64,000 bases of DNA from Callorhinchus milii (taxonomy: Eukaryota): the NCBI RefSeq assembly GCF_018977255.1, contig NW_024704743.1, positions 111,664,001 through 111,728,000 of the forward strand. Direction: 5' to 3'. Below, piece after piece: positions 53,650 to 64,000 of this stretch (its first letter is position 1; every line of letters starts with the position of its first letter). Under the pieces are notes generated by a model. It worked only from the letters and a program-made list of their open reading frames with translations. It searched no databases and had not been told where the DNA came from. Made by a program: the position numbers and the translations under genes.

Positions 53650-54181
53650 CCAAGTCCCTCCATAGGCTACAGATCATCTGGAACTCTGCAGTCCGTATCC
53701 TCTCCCACACCAGGCTCTGTGACCTATCACTCCTATCCTGGCCCAACTCCACTGGCTTCCCATCACAGAAGATACAGTTCAAGACCTTGGTCCTCACCTT
53801 CAAAGCCCTCCATGGCCTTTCTCCCCCCTACCTCGGTGACCTCCTACCCCCTACCATCCTGCCTGCTCCCTCCACTCAGCCTGCTTCACATCCCTGCCTC
53901 GTCCGCCCCAACATTGGCGGACGTGCCTTCTGCCACTCTGCCCCCATCCTTTGAAATTCCATCCTGCAGTCCCTCCACATCGCCCCCTCCCTTGCCTCCT
54001 TCAAGACGCATCTCAAGACCCTCCTCTTCAAACGTGCTTTTGATCACCCTGCTTCCGGCCCCTGACCTCCAACCCGCCCCAATCCTGACCGCAGCTCGGA
54101 TCCGAAACACTGATTGTCCAGCGACTTGGGATGTCCTCCCGACGTGAAAGGCACTATACAAATGTAATTTTGTTGTTGTTG
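53650..54181 (+). mobile_element. L2 3' end
   Basis: Degenerate RT C-terminus and tail gcgacttgggatgtcctcccgacgtgaaaggcactatacaaatgtaattt(TTG)n. Confidence 0.9.
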
Positions 54182-54682
54182 AACCCAATCTTCTGACTCC
54201 GAGGCAAGATTGCTACAACTGAGCCAAGCTAATACATCCCAAAACATGTGTGCAACGACTGTTCACTCCCTATGCATTAGCTTATAACTGTGGTTAAAAG
54301 AAAAATGGCCAACTTTCAAGTCATTGCCAACATCGCTTCCTTTTTGCTGAGTTTATGCAAAGTAGGAAGTGAAGTTGGCGGCAACCTGATGACCCAAAAG
54401 TCGGCCATTTTTTAGAGTATTGTGTGCTGGACATGTGGAACAAACTACAAGTACAGGAGGTAAAACCACTGCAAAATGTTATTAAAAAAAACAGACATTT
54501 CTGTGAACTAAAGGATTCCAAAGGATTAAATTTAAAAATCGATGCATCAAAGGAATCGTAGGTATCTGAAATGGTAGCCGAGCTGGCTACCAATTCACTC
54601 TTATCTGATACTATTATAACGTCATTGTGTTATAAATCATGTAATCATTTGATTTTGAGGCTGAGAAAGAAAAAGCACCCAC

Positions 54683-54814
54683 GTCAAGCTTCTGTGTTAC
54701 TATCGCTTCCTGGAGAGCGGCAATCACGGCGCTGAGATCTATTTGTATATCCCGGTTCTCTGCAAGAAGGTTATCAGCTACTTTCTTTGAGGTTTCCCAT
54801 TTGAACTTCAGTTC
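54683..54814 (-). CDS. Coiled-coil gene exon 3 (ELKFKWETSKKVADNLLAENRDIQIDLSAVIAALQEAIVTQKLD)
   Basis: Acceptor cctctctttttgacag|, donor GAC|GTGGGT, 132 nt open, phase 0-0. Not in the ORF track. Confidence 0.85.
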
Positions 54815-54838
54815 CTGTCAAAAAGAGAGGACTGTAAT

Positions 54839-56350
54839 ACAACAACAACACAATTACATTTGTATAACGCCTTTCATGTCAGGAGTACGTCCCAAGGCGC
54901 TGGACAGTCAGTGTTTCGGACCCGAGCTGCGGGTCAGGATTGGGGAGGGTGAAGCGCAGGGGGTGAAAGGAAAGTGATCCAAGGCAAGATCAAAGAGGAG
55001 GGTCTTGAGATGGGTCTTGAAGGAGGCAAGAGAGAGGGTGAGACGGAGGGACTGCAGAATGGCGTTCCAGAGGGTGGGGCAGAGTGGCTGAAGGCTCGCC
55101 CGCCATTGGGCGAGAAGGAGGCCGGAGCCCGCTGAGCGGAGGGAGCAGGCAGATTAGTAGGGGGTTAGGAGGTCGCAGAGGTAGGGCGGACCAAGGCCAT
55201 GGAGGGCTTTGAAGGTGAGGACCAGGATCTAGAACTGTATCCTCTGTGTGATGGGTACTCAGTAAAGTCGGACGAGGATAGGGTCACAAAGCCTGGTGCG
55301 GGAGAGGACACGGGCTGCAGAGTTCTGGATGATCTGTAGCCTATGGAAGATGGAGTTGGGGACTCCAACAAGCAGGGAGTCAAGCCTGGATGTTATGAAT
55401 GTGTATATGAGAGTTTCAGCGGGCTGCAGTGCAAGACAGTGGCGGAGCTGGGCAATGTTGCGGAGGTGGGAGGGCAGAACAAGTCATGGCACGGATGTGG
55501 GGGAGAAAGCATAGTTGAGGGTCAAGCAAGACACCAAGATTCCGGACTGGTTTAGTAAAGTGGAGTGTGCATCCTTGGATGGTGATGCTGTCAACTCCTG
55601 AGGTGTGGAGGTACTGACAGGAACCAATCAGGAGAGCCTCGGTCTTGTTGACGTTCAACTGAAGAAACTTAGCTGTCATCCAGGACAGACAATCTGTCAG
55701 GACAGCAGCAGTCCTGGAGTCAAGAGTGAAGGCAGAGAGATAGATGTTGGGTGTCATCCGCAAACATGTGGAAGTTGACCCCATGTCTGCGGATGATGTC
55801 ACCAAGAGGGAGCGTGTAGGTATTGAAAAGGAGGGGACCAAGGGCACAGCCCTGAGGAATCCGCATGAGATGGTGCGGGGGCTAGAGGGGAAACCATTTG
55901 TGGAGATGAAGTGGAGACGATGGGAGAGGTAGGATTTGAACCATTCAAGGACAGAACTATGAAGGTTGAGGTGAGAGGAGACGTGATGGAGGAGGATAGA
56001 GTGATCAACTGTATTAAAGGCAGCAGAGAGATCAAGGAGGACGAGGAGGCAAAGGGAGCCCTGGTCGCAGATAGACAGAATGTTATTTGTCACTTTGACC
56101 AAAGCTGTTTTTGTGCTATGGGCGGCACGGAAACCCAATTGGAGGGGTTTGTGAAGGGAGTGGTGGGAGAGGAAGGAGTGAAGCTGGGAAGCAACGACTC
56201 ATTCCAGAACCTTGGAAAGGAAAGGGAGGTTGGAGGTGGGCGGTAGCTTGAGAGCAGGGATGCGTCCAGGGAGGGTTTTTTAAGGAAGGAGTGATGACGT
56301 CCATCTTTAAAGGGGTGGGAATGGTGCCAGTGGACAGGGCGAGCTTTATT
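54839..56350 (-). mobile_element. L2 LINE fragment (~1.5 kb, RT core to tail)
   Basis: GFRAAHSTKTALVKVTN...LLDLSAAFNTVDHSILL...WFKSYLS...FLQLNVNKTEALLIG; tail at 54839. Confidence 0.95.
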
Positions 56351-56619
56351 AGTCAACATTATAATTTATTTTGATGTTTGACACTACAGATGTGTAGACA
56401 ACTAGCAATTTCCTTGACACCATAAATTAACAAGAATGTATGAAGAAACTGTAATTAAAACATTTAATAGACATAATACTAGATTTACCTGGTTTCAGAT
56501 CTAGTGATTTCCTATTCTGTAATTGTCACTGCATTTACATTTTGGCAATACAGTGTACAGTAATAATCATAGCATGTTAAAGTCATCAATTGTTGCATTT
56601 TTTTGTTCAGCCAGGTGTC

Positions 56620-56950
56620 TGACAAACGCCATGCTTAAAAGTATCTGAACCAAACAGAGTTCAATACATGCCACTACACACAGAAATTTTCATAAATTAC
56701 AATGGAATGCACATTCCCTCCCCAGAGGGACGCATCTTGTTTGCATAATTCCAAGATTAGTAGGTACAGATTAGCAAAAGCAAAGGATTAAGGACACCAG
56801 AATGTATGTTGCGGTGCTTCTGGAGTTTAACTAGCTAAAATCTCATAGCTTGCTGCTGAAAGCACTGTACTCCAAGCATCCCGCTGTTTGTCCCACTAGG
56901 GCCACCCTACACTTTAGGACTTTGGCTTGGTTAACAGGAGCTGAGTGGGA
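56620..56950 (+). repeat. Unclassified dispersed repeat, copy 4
   Basis: catgcttaaaagtatctgaaccaaacagagttcaatacat... matches 50108-50145 and downstream sequence. Confidence 0.75.
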
Positions 56951-56974
56951 AGAATCCACACACCTCTGTTCACC

Positions 56975-57510
56975 TAGGGAATAGGCAAAGAGGTAGGAGA
57001 GCGGATGAAGGCACGGTTGAAAAGGAGAGCCATAACTTGTGCCATGAATGAGGCAAGGGAAAGAGCAAGGCAAAGGGATTGTGGGATGAAATTCCAAAGA
57101 TTGGGGCAGAGAGGCTAAAAACCTAGCCGTCTATGGTCGGGCGGGAGATATGGAGCCGGAGCCTGCTGAACGGAGGTCAGCGGACAGATTGATAGGGGTT
57201 AGCAGGTCAGAGAGGGCCAGGCCATGGAGGGCCTTGAAAGTGAGGACGAGGATTTTGAATTCTATCCTCTGAGGGATGGGGAGCCAATGGAACCGGGCAA
57301 GGGTGGGGGCTGAAGGGGTCACGGAGCCAGGTGCAGGAGAGGACACGAGCTGCAGAGTTCTGGATGATCTACAGCTTGTGGAGGAAAGAGTTGGGGAGGC
57401 TGACAAGGAAGGAGTTTCTGCAGTTGAGCCTTGAGGTGACAAATGCGAGTATGAGGGTTTCGGCAGCCTGAGGGGTGAAGCAGTGGCGGAGTTGGGCAAT
57501 GTTGTGGTGG
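56975..57510 (-). mobile_element. L2 3' fragment
   Basis: TLARFHWLPIPQRIEFKILVLTFKALHGLA. Confidence 0.9.
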
Positions 57511-58569
57511 TGGGTTAAGTATAAATAAAGATTCTCCATTTTTTAAAATAAATGCTTAAGCAAATAAAAGTGGTCATTATATTGTATTGGCACATTGACA
57601 TTCTAACTGATAGAAAAAAAGCTCCAAAGTATATTTCAAGGTTTGGGTTGTGCTCCTGGTTCCTCAAGACTTGATCCACAAATAATTTATAATCCAGCCA
57701 AAACATTACAAACAATGTTACATTAATTCACTCAATAAATTAAGTATTTGTCAAATATTTACATCTTTGCTTTCTCTAACTGCCTTGCCTAACACATGTA
57801 ACTGAAAGTACAAGTGCATGTAGTTGTCTTGGGAAGTAAATGGACCTCCACAACATATCTCATACCTCAGGGAAGATGTCAGTCTTAACTCAGCACCTTC
57901 AGTGAGACTAGCTGCTTCGTTAAATACTCAGTCAAAAAAAATTACAATCTTCCCTTGATGTTCTATTTCATTTGGTTTTCTTTGAAAGTTCCTCTTTCCT
58001 CCCTCTATTAAACTGACAAATTATGAATTTTCAGCTACCACATACAGCTTTAAAGATGCATTCGGAACATTTGTGTTGTTCACTTAATAGCTTTAAAGTG
58101 AACTTAATAGCTTTAAAGTTGTCACTGGTAAAATGACAACAGCTTCTACACCCTTAAATAGCAAAAGTAACTCCGTGATCTTGGATCATCAGGCATTCAA
58201 TAAGCTTTCTCACAATTGCACATAAAATTAACAAACTCTCTTCTTAGTCCAGTTGTACATTACAATTTTCTAGTGGAACAGAATGCAGGACACAGTTCTT
58301 TATATAAAAACAAAAAGTGTTATAAAAGTTTGATTTGAGGATGCCAAGTCATTTATTGACTTACATCCCAGAAGGGAGAAAAGATTTTGAATTATATTTT
58401 ATTAAGAACAAAGATCTAACTTCTGAGCTATTCACCTCAAATAGGTGAAATAATGGGTTAGTGTTTCACTCCCAATTTAATTTTATGGTTTTAGAAGCTA
58501 AAGAAATAAAGGTACTCTCAATGATTTTAACCATTCTTAAGACAATAGCTTCCAATGCATGGCACTTAC

Positions 58570-58719
58570 ATTTAACATCTGGTCAGCTTTCTTCAGTTTG
58601 GAATTGAGATTAGCAACTTTTTCATTTGCCTCTCTTTCAAGATCTTCAACTGTTTGTACCAAGACGTCATTCTGATCACTGAGATCATTTACATAGGATT
58701 GAAAAATTCTTATCTTCAT
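58570..58719 (-). CDS. Coiled-coil gene exon 2 (MKIRIFQSYVNDLSDQNDVLVQTVEDLEREANEKVANLNSKLKKADQMLN)
   Basis: Acceptor ttttgttttcag|, donor AAT|GTAAGT, 150 nt, phase 0-0, heptad pattern. Confidence 0.92.
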
Positions 58720-58804
58720 CTGAAAACAAAAGTCAAAATTTAGCAACAAAGCATTAGCCTACTTTATTCTGAATCTAAGAATAAACAAATTATCTTGTCA
58801 TTAA

Positions 58805-59060
58805 TTAATGTCCTGTCTGCTGTTCAGCTGGATGTTAAAGATCTCATGTCACTATTTGAAAAGAGAAGGGAGTTTCTCCCAGTTTCCTGACCAACATTCG
58901 CCCAAATAAAATTGATCATTCACTTCATAGCTGTTTGCAGGATATTGTTATGTGCAAATTGGCTGCCGTTGTCACTCCACTTTACAGTATATCCTGCAAA
59001 GCACTTTGCACTTCCTGACATGGAAGGCACAATACCAAATGGGATGACTATTATTACTGT
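58805..59060 (+). mobile_element. DeuSINE 3' fragment
   Basis: ctgtctgctgttcagctggatgttaaagatctcatg...gtgcaaattggctgcc...tail. Confidence 0.78.
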
Positions 59061-59822
59061 ATTTTTTGCATTCACCCAATAGGCCAGAACTACCTGAGCA
59101 TTAGGTTATGCATATGTTGTATTTCAAAGGTCTAATTAGAAACTGAAGAAAAAAATTGCATTTGTGGTGTGTGTATAAGCACTTTTTCTGCTACAGTGTT
59201 CTAGCTTTGATGTTGCTTATATATTAAAATATGTCTTACTATCGCCAAAATAGAAAATCTTTCCCTAGCGTGCAAAGACTTATTAAATGGACACATTTGT
59301 TCAAATAGTTAAAAGTAGTCACCTATTTTTTAATTAAAAAAATTAAGATAAAGCACCTTGCTTCTAAATGCATCACACTGTTCCAATTAATTTGTGTGCA
59401 CACTTGCCTACAAAATACATTCCACTTTACAATATATGCTGTGAAGAGTTTTTTGAATCATCCTCCTGACATGAAAGGCACTATACCAAATGCAAGGATT
59501 ATAAAGGATTGTTATAATTTTATATTGTATTAAACAGCCAATTTTCAAATTCAATTTGCACAATTTAAACTATGAAATGGTCAATGTCAGTGAAGGTAGG
59601 CAACAGGATAGCTGATATAGAAAATCAACTTCTGTACCTGACTGGCAATGCTTTTTTTGGGTCAGCCAGGTGAGTTTGAAACTCATCCCCATGCTTAAGA
59701 GTATGAAAACCACACTACAAGTTCCATGTATGTATATCACCTACACAGAAATTTCCCTGCATCTAAAATGAAATGTAAACTCGATCGCTTGAGGGAAGCA
59801 TGCTGCTTCTATAACATATCTG

Positions 59823-60017
59823 TAATAATAACCCCTCCAAAAAAAAACAATAGCAAAATTGGTAATTTTCAATCCACGACTGTTTGTGGGACACTTTTGT
59901 GCTCAATTGGCTGCCTTATTTCACCCACAAATATATGGTTAATTCCCTTTACAGTATATTCTCTGAAGCGCTTTGAGACGTCTAGAAGACGTGAAAGGAT
60001 TATTATTATTATTATTA
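59823..60017 (+). mobile_element. SINE 3' half
   Basis: Same family as 10247, with (ATT)n end. Confidence 0.85.
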
Positions 60018-60554
60018 TATCTGTTCAGACTTGCAAGACAGTGTTTTAACTATTAAAAATAAGAGCCCGTGTTCACAAATACAGATTCCAAGCAGCTTTC
60101 CAGCAGCTGTCATCCCAACCCTAAATTTCCTCCACGATTGTTCGACTGAAATTTGCCTTCAGCGTAGACCTATACAAGACACCTTTAGATGTTCCAAACA
60201 CCTTGAGATGCTCTAGAGGTCCAGGTCCCAATGCCATGTATAAGGCTTTCTCAACACCAGCTGCTTAATTCAGATCACACTGAGAGTGCCTTCATCAAAC
60301 AGACATGCCCATCGTAAAAATAATTCCACCTCCAGGGTGCTTGAGAACAGATGACAGAGCCCTCCTCCTCCCTCCCTGCACCCACTTCACTTCATCACTT
60401 GCTTCTGGACTCCCCAAAAGTGCCAAGAAAACCAACTCCCTCCTCTGAATGCCCAAGAGCTCAGAACCATTGAGGAGAACTCTTTGAATACTGACTGCTT
60501 CATCTGTGAAATGGGACAATGTTCTATTGTCAGCAGTAAAACAGTCAGTTGAGG

Positions 60555-60740
60555 ATAATAATAATCCTTGCATTTGATTTAGCGCCTTATCACGTCTTCA
60601 AGACGTCTCAAAGTGCTTCAGAGAATATACTGCAAAATGAATTGACTGTATATTTTGTAGGCAAAACACAGCAGCCAATTGCGCACAGCAGTATCCCATA
60701 TACAGTTATGGATTGAGTAACCAAATTATTATTTTTTTTG
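60555..60740 (-). mobile_element. SINE 3' half
   Basis: Reverse complement of the same family. Confidence 0.85.
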
Positions 60741-60829
60741 AAGTATAAACAAAAAATTAAAAACTGTGCATTCCCTAAATATTCTTGCTCTAACAAACAT
60801 TCTTCATGATAATAAGTACCAACAAGGTG

Positions 60830-61075
60830 TTCAACTGTGATGGCATGGCAGCAGACTTTAGATCTACCGTCAATAGATGTCACTGAATACCAATCAGAAA
60901 CCTTGGCTGATTTATTCCTTCACCAGTACAGAGATATTCAGAGATATTTAGGTTAGTTGCTAAACCCCCACCGCTATCCTGACCAAACCCACCTAACTCA
61001 AGATAGATTAGGATCAACCCTTGGCCCTTTTTGATCTTCATCGGTAAGGTTGGCCAGTGTCTTTCTCAACTGATA
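60830..61075 (-). mobile_element. AmnSINE2-like ancient SINE fragment
   Basis: gtcactgaata...aaccttggctgattt...ctaactca...ggatcaaccc is the inverse of the family seen at 5570. Confidence 0.5.
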
Positions 61076-61619
61076 AGGGGAGAACCATTGAAAAAAGATA
61101 GTTTTCACATGAGGGAAGCACTTGGTCAAAATCGGTTTGTGTCTTCAAATTCGTGAGTTCGCTTTCTCGACTAAAAAAAGAAACTAGGCAGAAGACACTG
61201 GACTGTAACATGTATTTTCTTTTATTTTAATTTGTATTCCAAGCAATGCTTGGTATATAATGCTTTTTATGTCGGGGCTTTGAAGCTGGTGAGGAAGTGA
61301 GACAGAGGGATTCTGAGATGGCGTTCCAGAGAGCAAGGGCAGAAACCTTACCCACCGATGGTGGGTGGGATGGCAGGGGGTGTGAAGCAGGCTGGTGTTC
61401 GCTGAGTGAAGAGTGCAGCCAGGATTAGCAGGGATGGAGGAAGTGGGCAAGATTCAGGCAGGAATGCTATTGTTGATATTATAACAACAACTTCTAAAAC
61501 AATAACAATGATGGTTTGATTCACATCTCCTGTCCCCTAACTGAATACGTTTCCCTAAGTTGTAGTTTTGAGTCCTACCAATGAACTGATATCGTCTTTA
61601 AAATCATAAAAATCCTTAT

Positions 61620-61865
61620 GGTAATCCTTGCATTTGATGTAGTGCCTTTCAGGTCAGAACAATGCCTCAAAATGCTTCTCTGTAAAGGTGTAGTGACTTG
61701 TATGTGGTGCAGATCCCTGACTGTCCAGAGTGTTGGGAAGTCATACTAACGTGAAAGGCACTATACAAATGTAATTTGTTGTATTTTTGTAGGCAAATCA
61801 CTGCAGCTGATTTGCGGACAGCAATATCCCACACAGCCGTGACAAAAGTGAGCGCCAAATTTTAT
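61620..61865 (-). mobile_element. SINE 3' fragment with a nested plus-strand L2 tail (~61715-61782)
   Basis: taatccttgcatttgat... and gcagctgatttgcggacagcaatatcccaca flank gtgaaaggcactatacaaatgtaatttgttg. Confidence 0.7.
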
Positions 61866-61994
61866 TTTAGAGAAATTGTTGGGCCAGGATATGGGGAGAA
61901 GAAACTCCTTTCTCTGTGTGGTCATGACTGCTCTAAAGTGTTTCTCACCACCCACCCCCATTGCCACTTGCACTTCGCCATTTAGGAAAGTACA

Positions 61995-62830
61995 AGACAA
62001 CTTGCACTGATATAGCGCCCTCCTACCAGGGTAACATCTCTGAGCGTTTATCAGTGGTGGAGCATGACTCTGAGCCGGGGCAGGGGTGGTGGCCATAAGC
62101 ACGGTCGAAAAGGAAGGTTTTCAGGCGGGACTTTAAAAGGAGAGAGGGGGCAAGACAAAGGGATTGGGGGAAGAGTGTTCCAGAGTTTCGGGGCATAATG
62201 GCTGAAAGCACAACCTCGAATTATTGAGCGGAGGATGCGAGGGACAAGCAGGAGGCCGGTGCCAGTTGAGAGGAGGTGCCGGGTGTTGGATTGCGGAGTG
62301 AGGAGGTCGGAAAGGTAGGGAATGTCCTCCCGACCTGAAAGGCGCTATACAAATGTAATCTTGTTGTTGTTGTTGGAGATGCCAGAGAGTGAATTTGAAC
62401 ACGAGTGTGAACATCTTGAAGTCGATCCGTTCGGTGATGGGGAACCAGTGGAGCCTGACCAGAACTGATGAGATGTGGACAGAGTTTGGCCCCGGGCCAG
62501 TACGCAGGCGTCAGGGAGTTCTGAATGAGCTGGATCTTTTGAATAGTGGAGCTGGGGAGACGGGAGAGGAGTGGGTTTGAGTAATCCAGGCGGGAGGTGA
62601 CAAATGCACGCACGAGGGCTTCGGCTGCATTCGGGCAATGTGGCAGGGTGGAGGAAGGCGGTCCTGGTCAGGGGTGGAAGGGAAGCTGGGAGTTGAACCA
62701 GATGCCGAGATTGCGCACCAGTTCAGTGGGTCTTGGGATGGGGTGGGTGGGTGGGGGGGGGGAGAGCCAGCCCAGGGAGGTTGAGGAGCTCTGATCCGCG
62801 GGAGTGAAGATGTTGACCGTGCAAGGAATG
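61995..62830 (-). mobile_element. L2 3' fragment abutting the promoter region
   Basis: AFVTSRLDYSNPLLSRLPSSTIQKIQLIQNS; LKSRLKTFLFDRAY; contains a plus-strand tail at 62321-62374. Confidence 0.88.
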
Positions 62831-62959
62831 CCTTTTCCGATCGCTTTATCCGCTTTGGTTCAAAAACAAAAGTGGCACAAAACATTTTTCCAAATATTGT
62901 TCGATTGCGTGGTTCAGAAACTCAATGCTCTTGATGCCTTCTCCAGGAAACTTACTTAC

Positions 62960-63196
62960 CCTCAACCCTTGATTATTCTCATCTCTAAACTCGGTGTGCC
63001 TCAGCTTCTCCTCATACAAGTCCTTGAACTCTCTGAGCAGGCGCTTCATGTTGTGCCTGACTGATGGCGAGGTGGGCGAAGGGCATCGCTTGTCTCCCGC
63101 TCCCAGCAGCTCCGCCTCCCGCCTCAAGCCACCGAAGGCCGGGATTCCGGACCTTGGCGGACAAGTGGACCTCGGGTCCACCTCCCCGCGGTCCAT
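62960..63196 (-). CDS. Coiled-coil protein gene, first coding exon (MDRGEVDP...MKRLLREFKDLYEEKLRHTEFRDENNQGLR)
   Basis: Lies in the CpG island. ATG at 63196 (alternative ATG at 63049). Donor AGG|GTAAGT, phase 0, matches the phase-0 acceptor of the next exon. Helical heptad-like C-terminal half. Confidence 0.8.
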
Positions 63197-64000
63197 ATTT
63201 TTTTTCACACACGCACACGCACACACACACACAAGGGCTTTTTAAAGATGAAAGTCGGTTTAGTGACTAGTGAACAAAGTGTCCGCCCATCATGTGCGAG
63301 GCGGTGGCGGTGGCGGCGACACCCTCCTTCCCTCCCTCCCTCCTTCCCTCCTGTGACCCGCTCTCGCTCGCGCTGGGAGTTTAACGGAACTTTCAAACCC
63401 AACAGAAGACCTGCGCTCGCTCCCCGTCCCGCCCCCTCCCGCCGAGTCCGCAACGCCATTGGCGCACGGCGCGGCGCGTGGGGCCGGTCCATCTCACCGG
63501 TCCGCTCGCTGACTGGCTGATCGGTGCGTCAGTGAACGAATGCGTCATCATAGCCCCGCCCCTTCCCTCCCTCTCTCCCACACGAACGATAAACAAAACA
63601 AAAAGGAAACGACTGCGCGGGGCGGGGGGAGGGGGAGGGAGACCGCTCTCCGTGCGGGTGATCAACAGGTGACGGGGGTCCCGGCAATCGGTGGCCGAAT
63701 GCAGGAGGAACGCGGGCTGCTTGGTCCCTCTGGAACGTACAGGCCGGGCCGCTGACACTGTGCGGTTACGTGAAGCGGAAGAGGACGCTTGGCCGTCGTC
63801 AAGTGACGCTGCCCCAACCGTTGGGGCAGTTGAAGAGCGTGTCCTCGGCGCAGGCCCCGGGCTGTCGTGGAGGGAGCCGCAGCCTCCCGGAGCCGGTACC
63901 TTCCTCCCGTCCCGTCCTGTCTTGTCCTGTCCTGTCCTCGGCGAATCTCCGGCAAGTTACCCGGTGCCCACTTGTGGCGTTTCGCCCACAAAATATAGAG
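62990..64000. promoter_or_regulatory. CpG island promoter, possibly bidirectional
   Basis: Abrupt GC/CpG enrichment against an AT-rich background. ATTGG (CCAAT) at 63458, GC boxes at 63554 and 63619, TGCGTCA at 63541, TTACGTGA at 63766, CGGAAG (ETS-like) at 63776. Overlaps the first coding exon. Confidence 0.85.
63206..63232. repeat. (CA)n/(TG)n microsatellite just upstream of the start codon
   Basis: cacacacgcacacgcacacacacacac directly visible. Confidence 0.9.

Larger units (their letters stand above)
52690..54235 (-). mobile_element. DeuSINE split by two L2 insertions
   Basis: Head at 54181-54235, Deu part at 53550-53645, continuation at 52690-52780, all minus strand and collinear. Confidence 0.7.

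Noticed and set aside
63205..63991. Multiple GC-rich ORFs in the CpG island
   Set aside because: Expected from stop-codon scarcity in GC-rich DNA; low-complexity R/P/G peptides.
1..64000. CRISPR array, operons or prokaryotic defence systems
   Set aside because: The sequence is a vertebrate intron-rich locus with no regularly spaced repeat-spacer arrays or gene-dense regions.

Overview
Eukaryotic (vertebrate) genomic DNA, most likely from a cartilaginous fish given its repeat content (L2 and CR1 LINEs, Deu-domain SINEs, AmnSINE2-like relics). The window is almost entirely the 5' part of one large intron-rich gene on the minus strand. It starts in a CpG island at ~63-64 kb and encodes a coiled-coil protein. 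I traced nine exons by hand with GT-AG sites and consistent phases (63196-62960, 58719-58570, 54814-54683, 39188-39118, 36326-36185, 27136-26990, 14161-14078, 13694-13548, 3873-3790), plus one weaker candidate. No stop codon was found, so the gene probably continues past position 1. I cannot name it with confidence. Almost all longer ORFs in the ORF track are L2/CR1 reverse-transcriptase fragments or their antisense frames. No prokaryote-type systems (CRISPR, operons) and no clearly new biological system were seen. The most notable items are: TE architecture around exon 3, two Tigger-like MITEs carrying promoter-type motifs, an unclassified dispersed repeat beside a nested palindrome cluster, a fold-back hairpin in a CR1, and a shared SINE/L2 3' tail. 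Repeat boundaries are approximate and family names come from recalled consensus features, not database searches.
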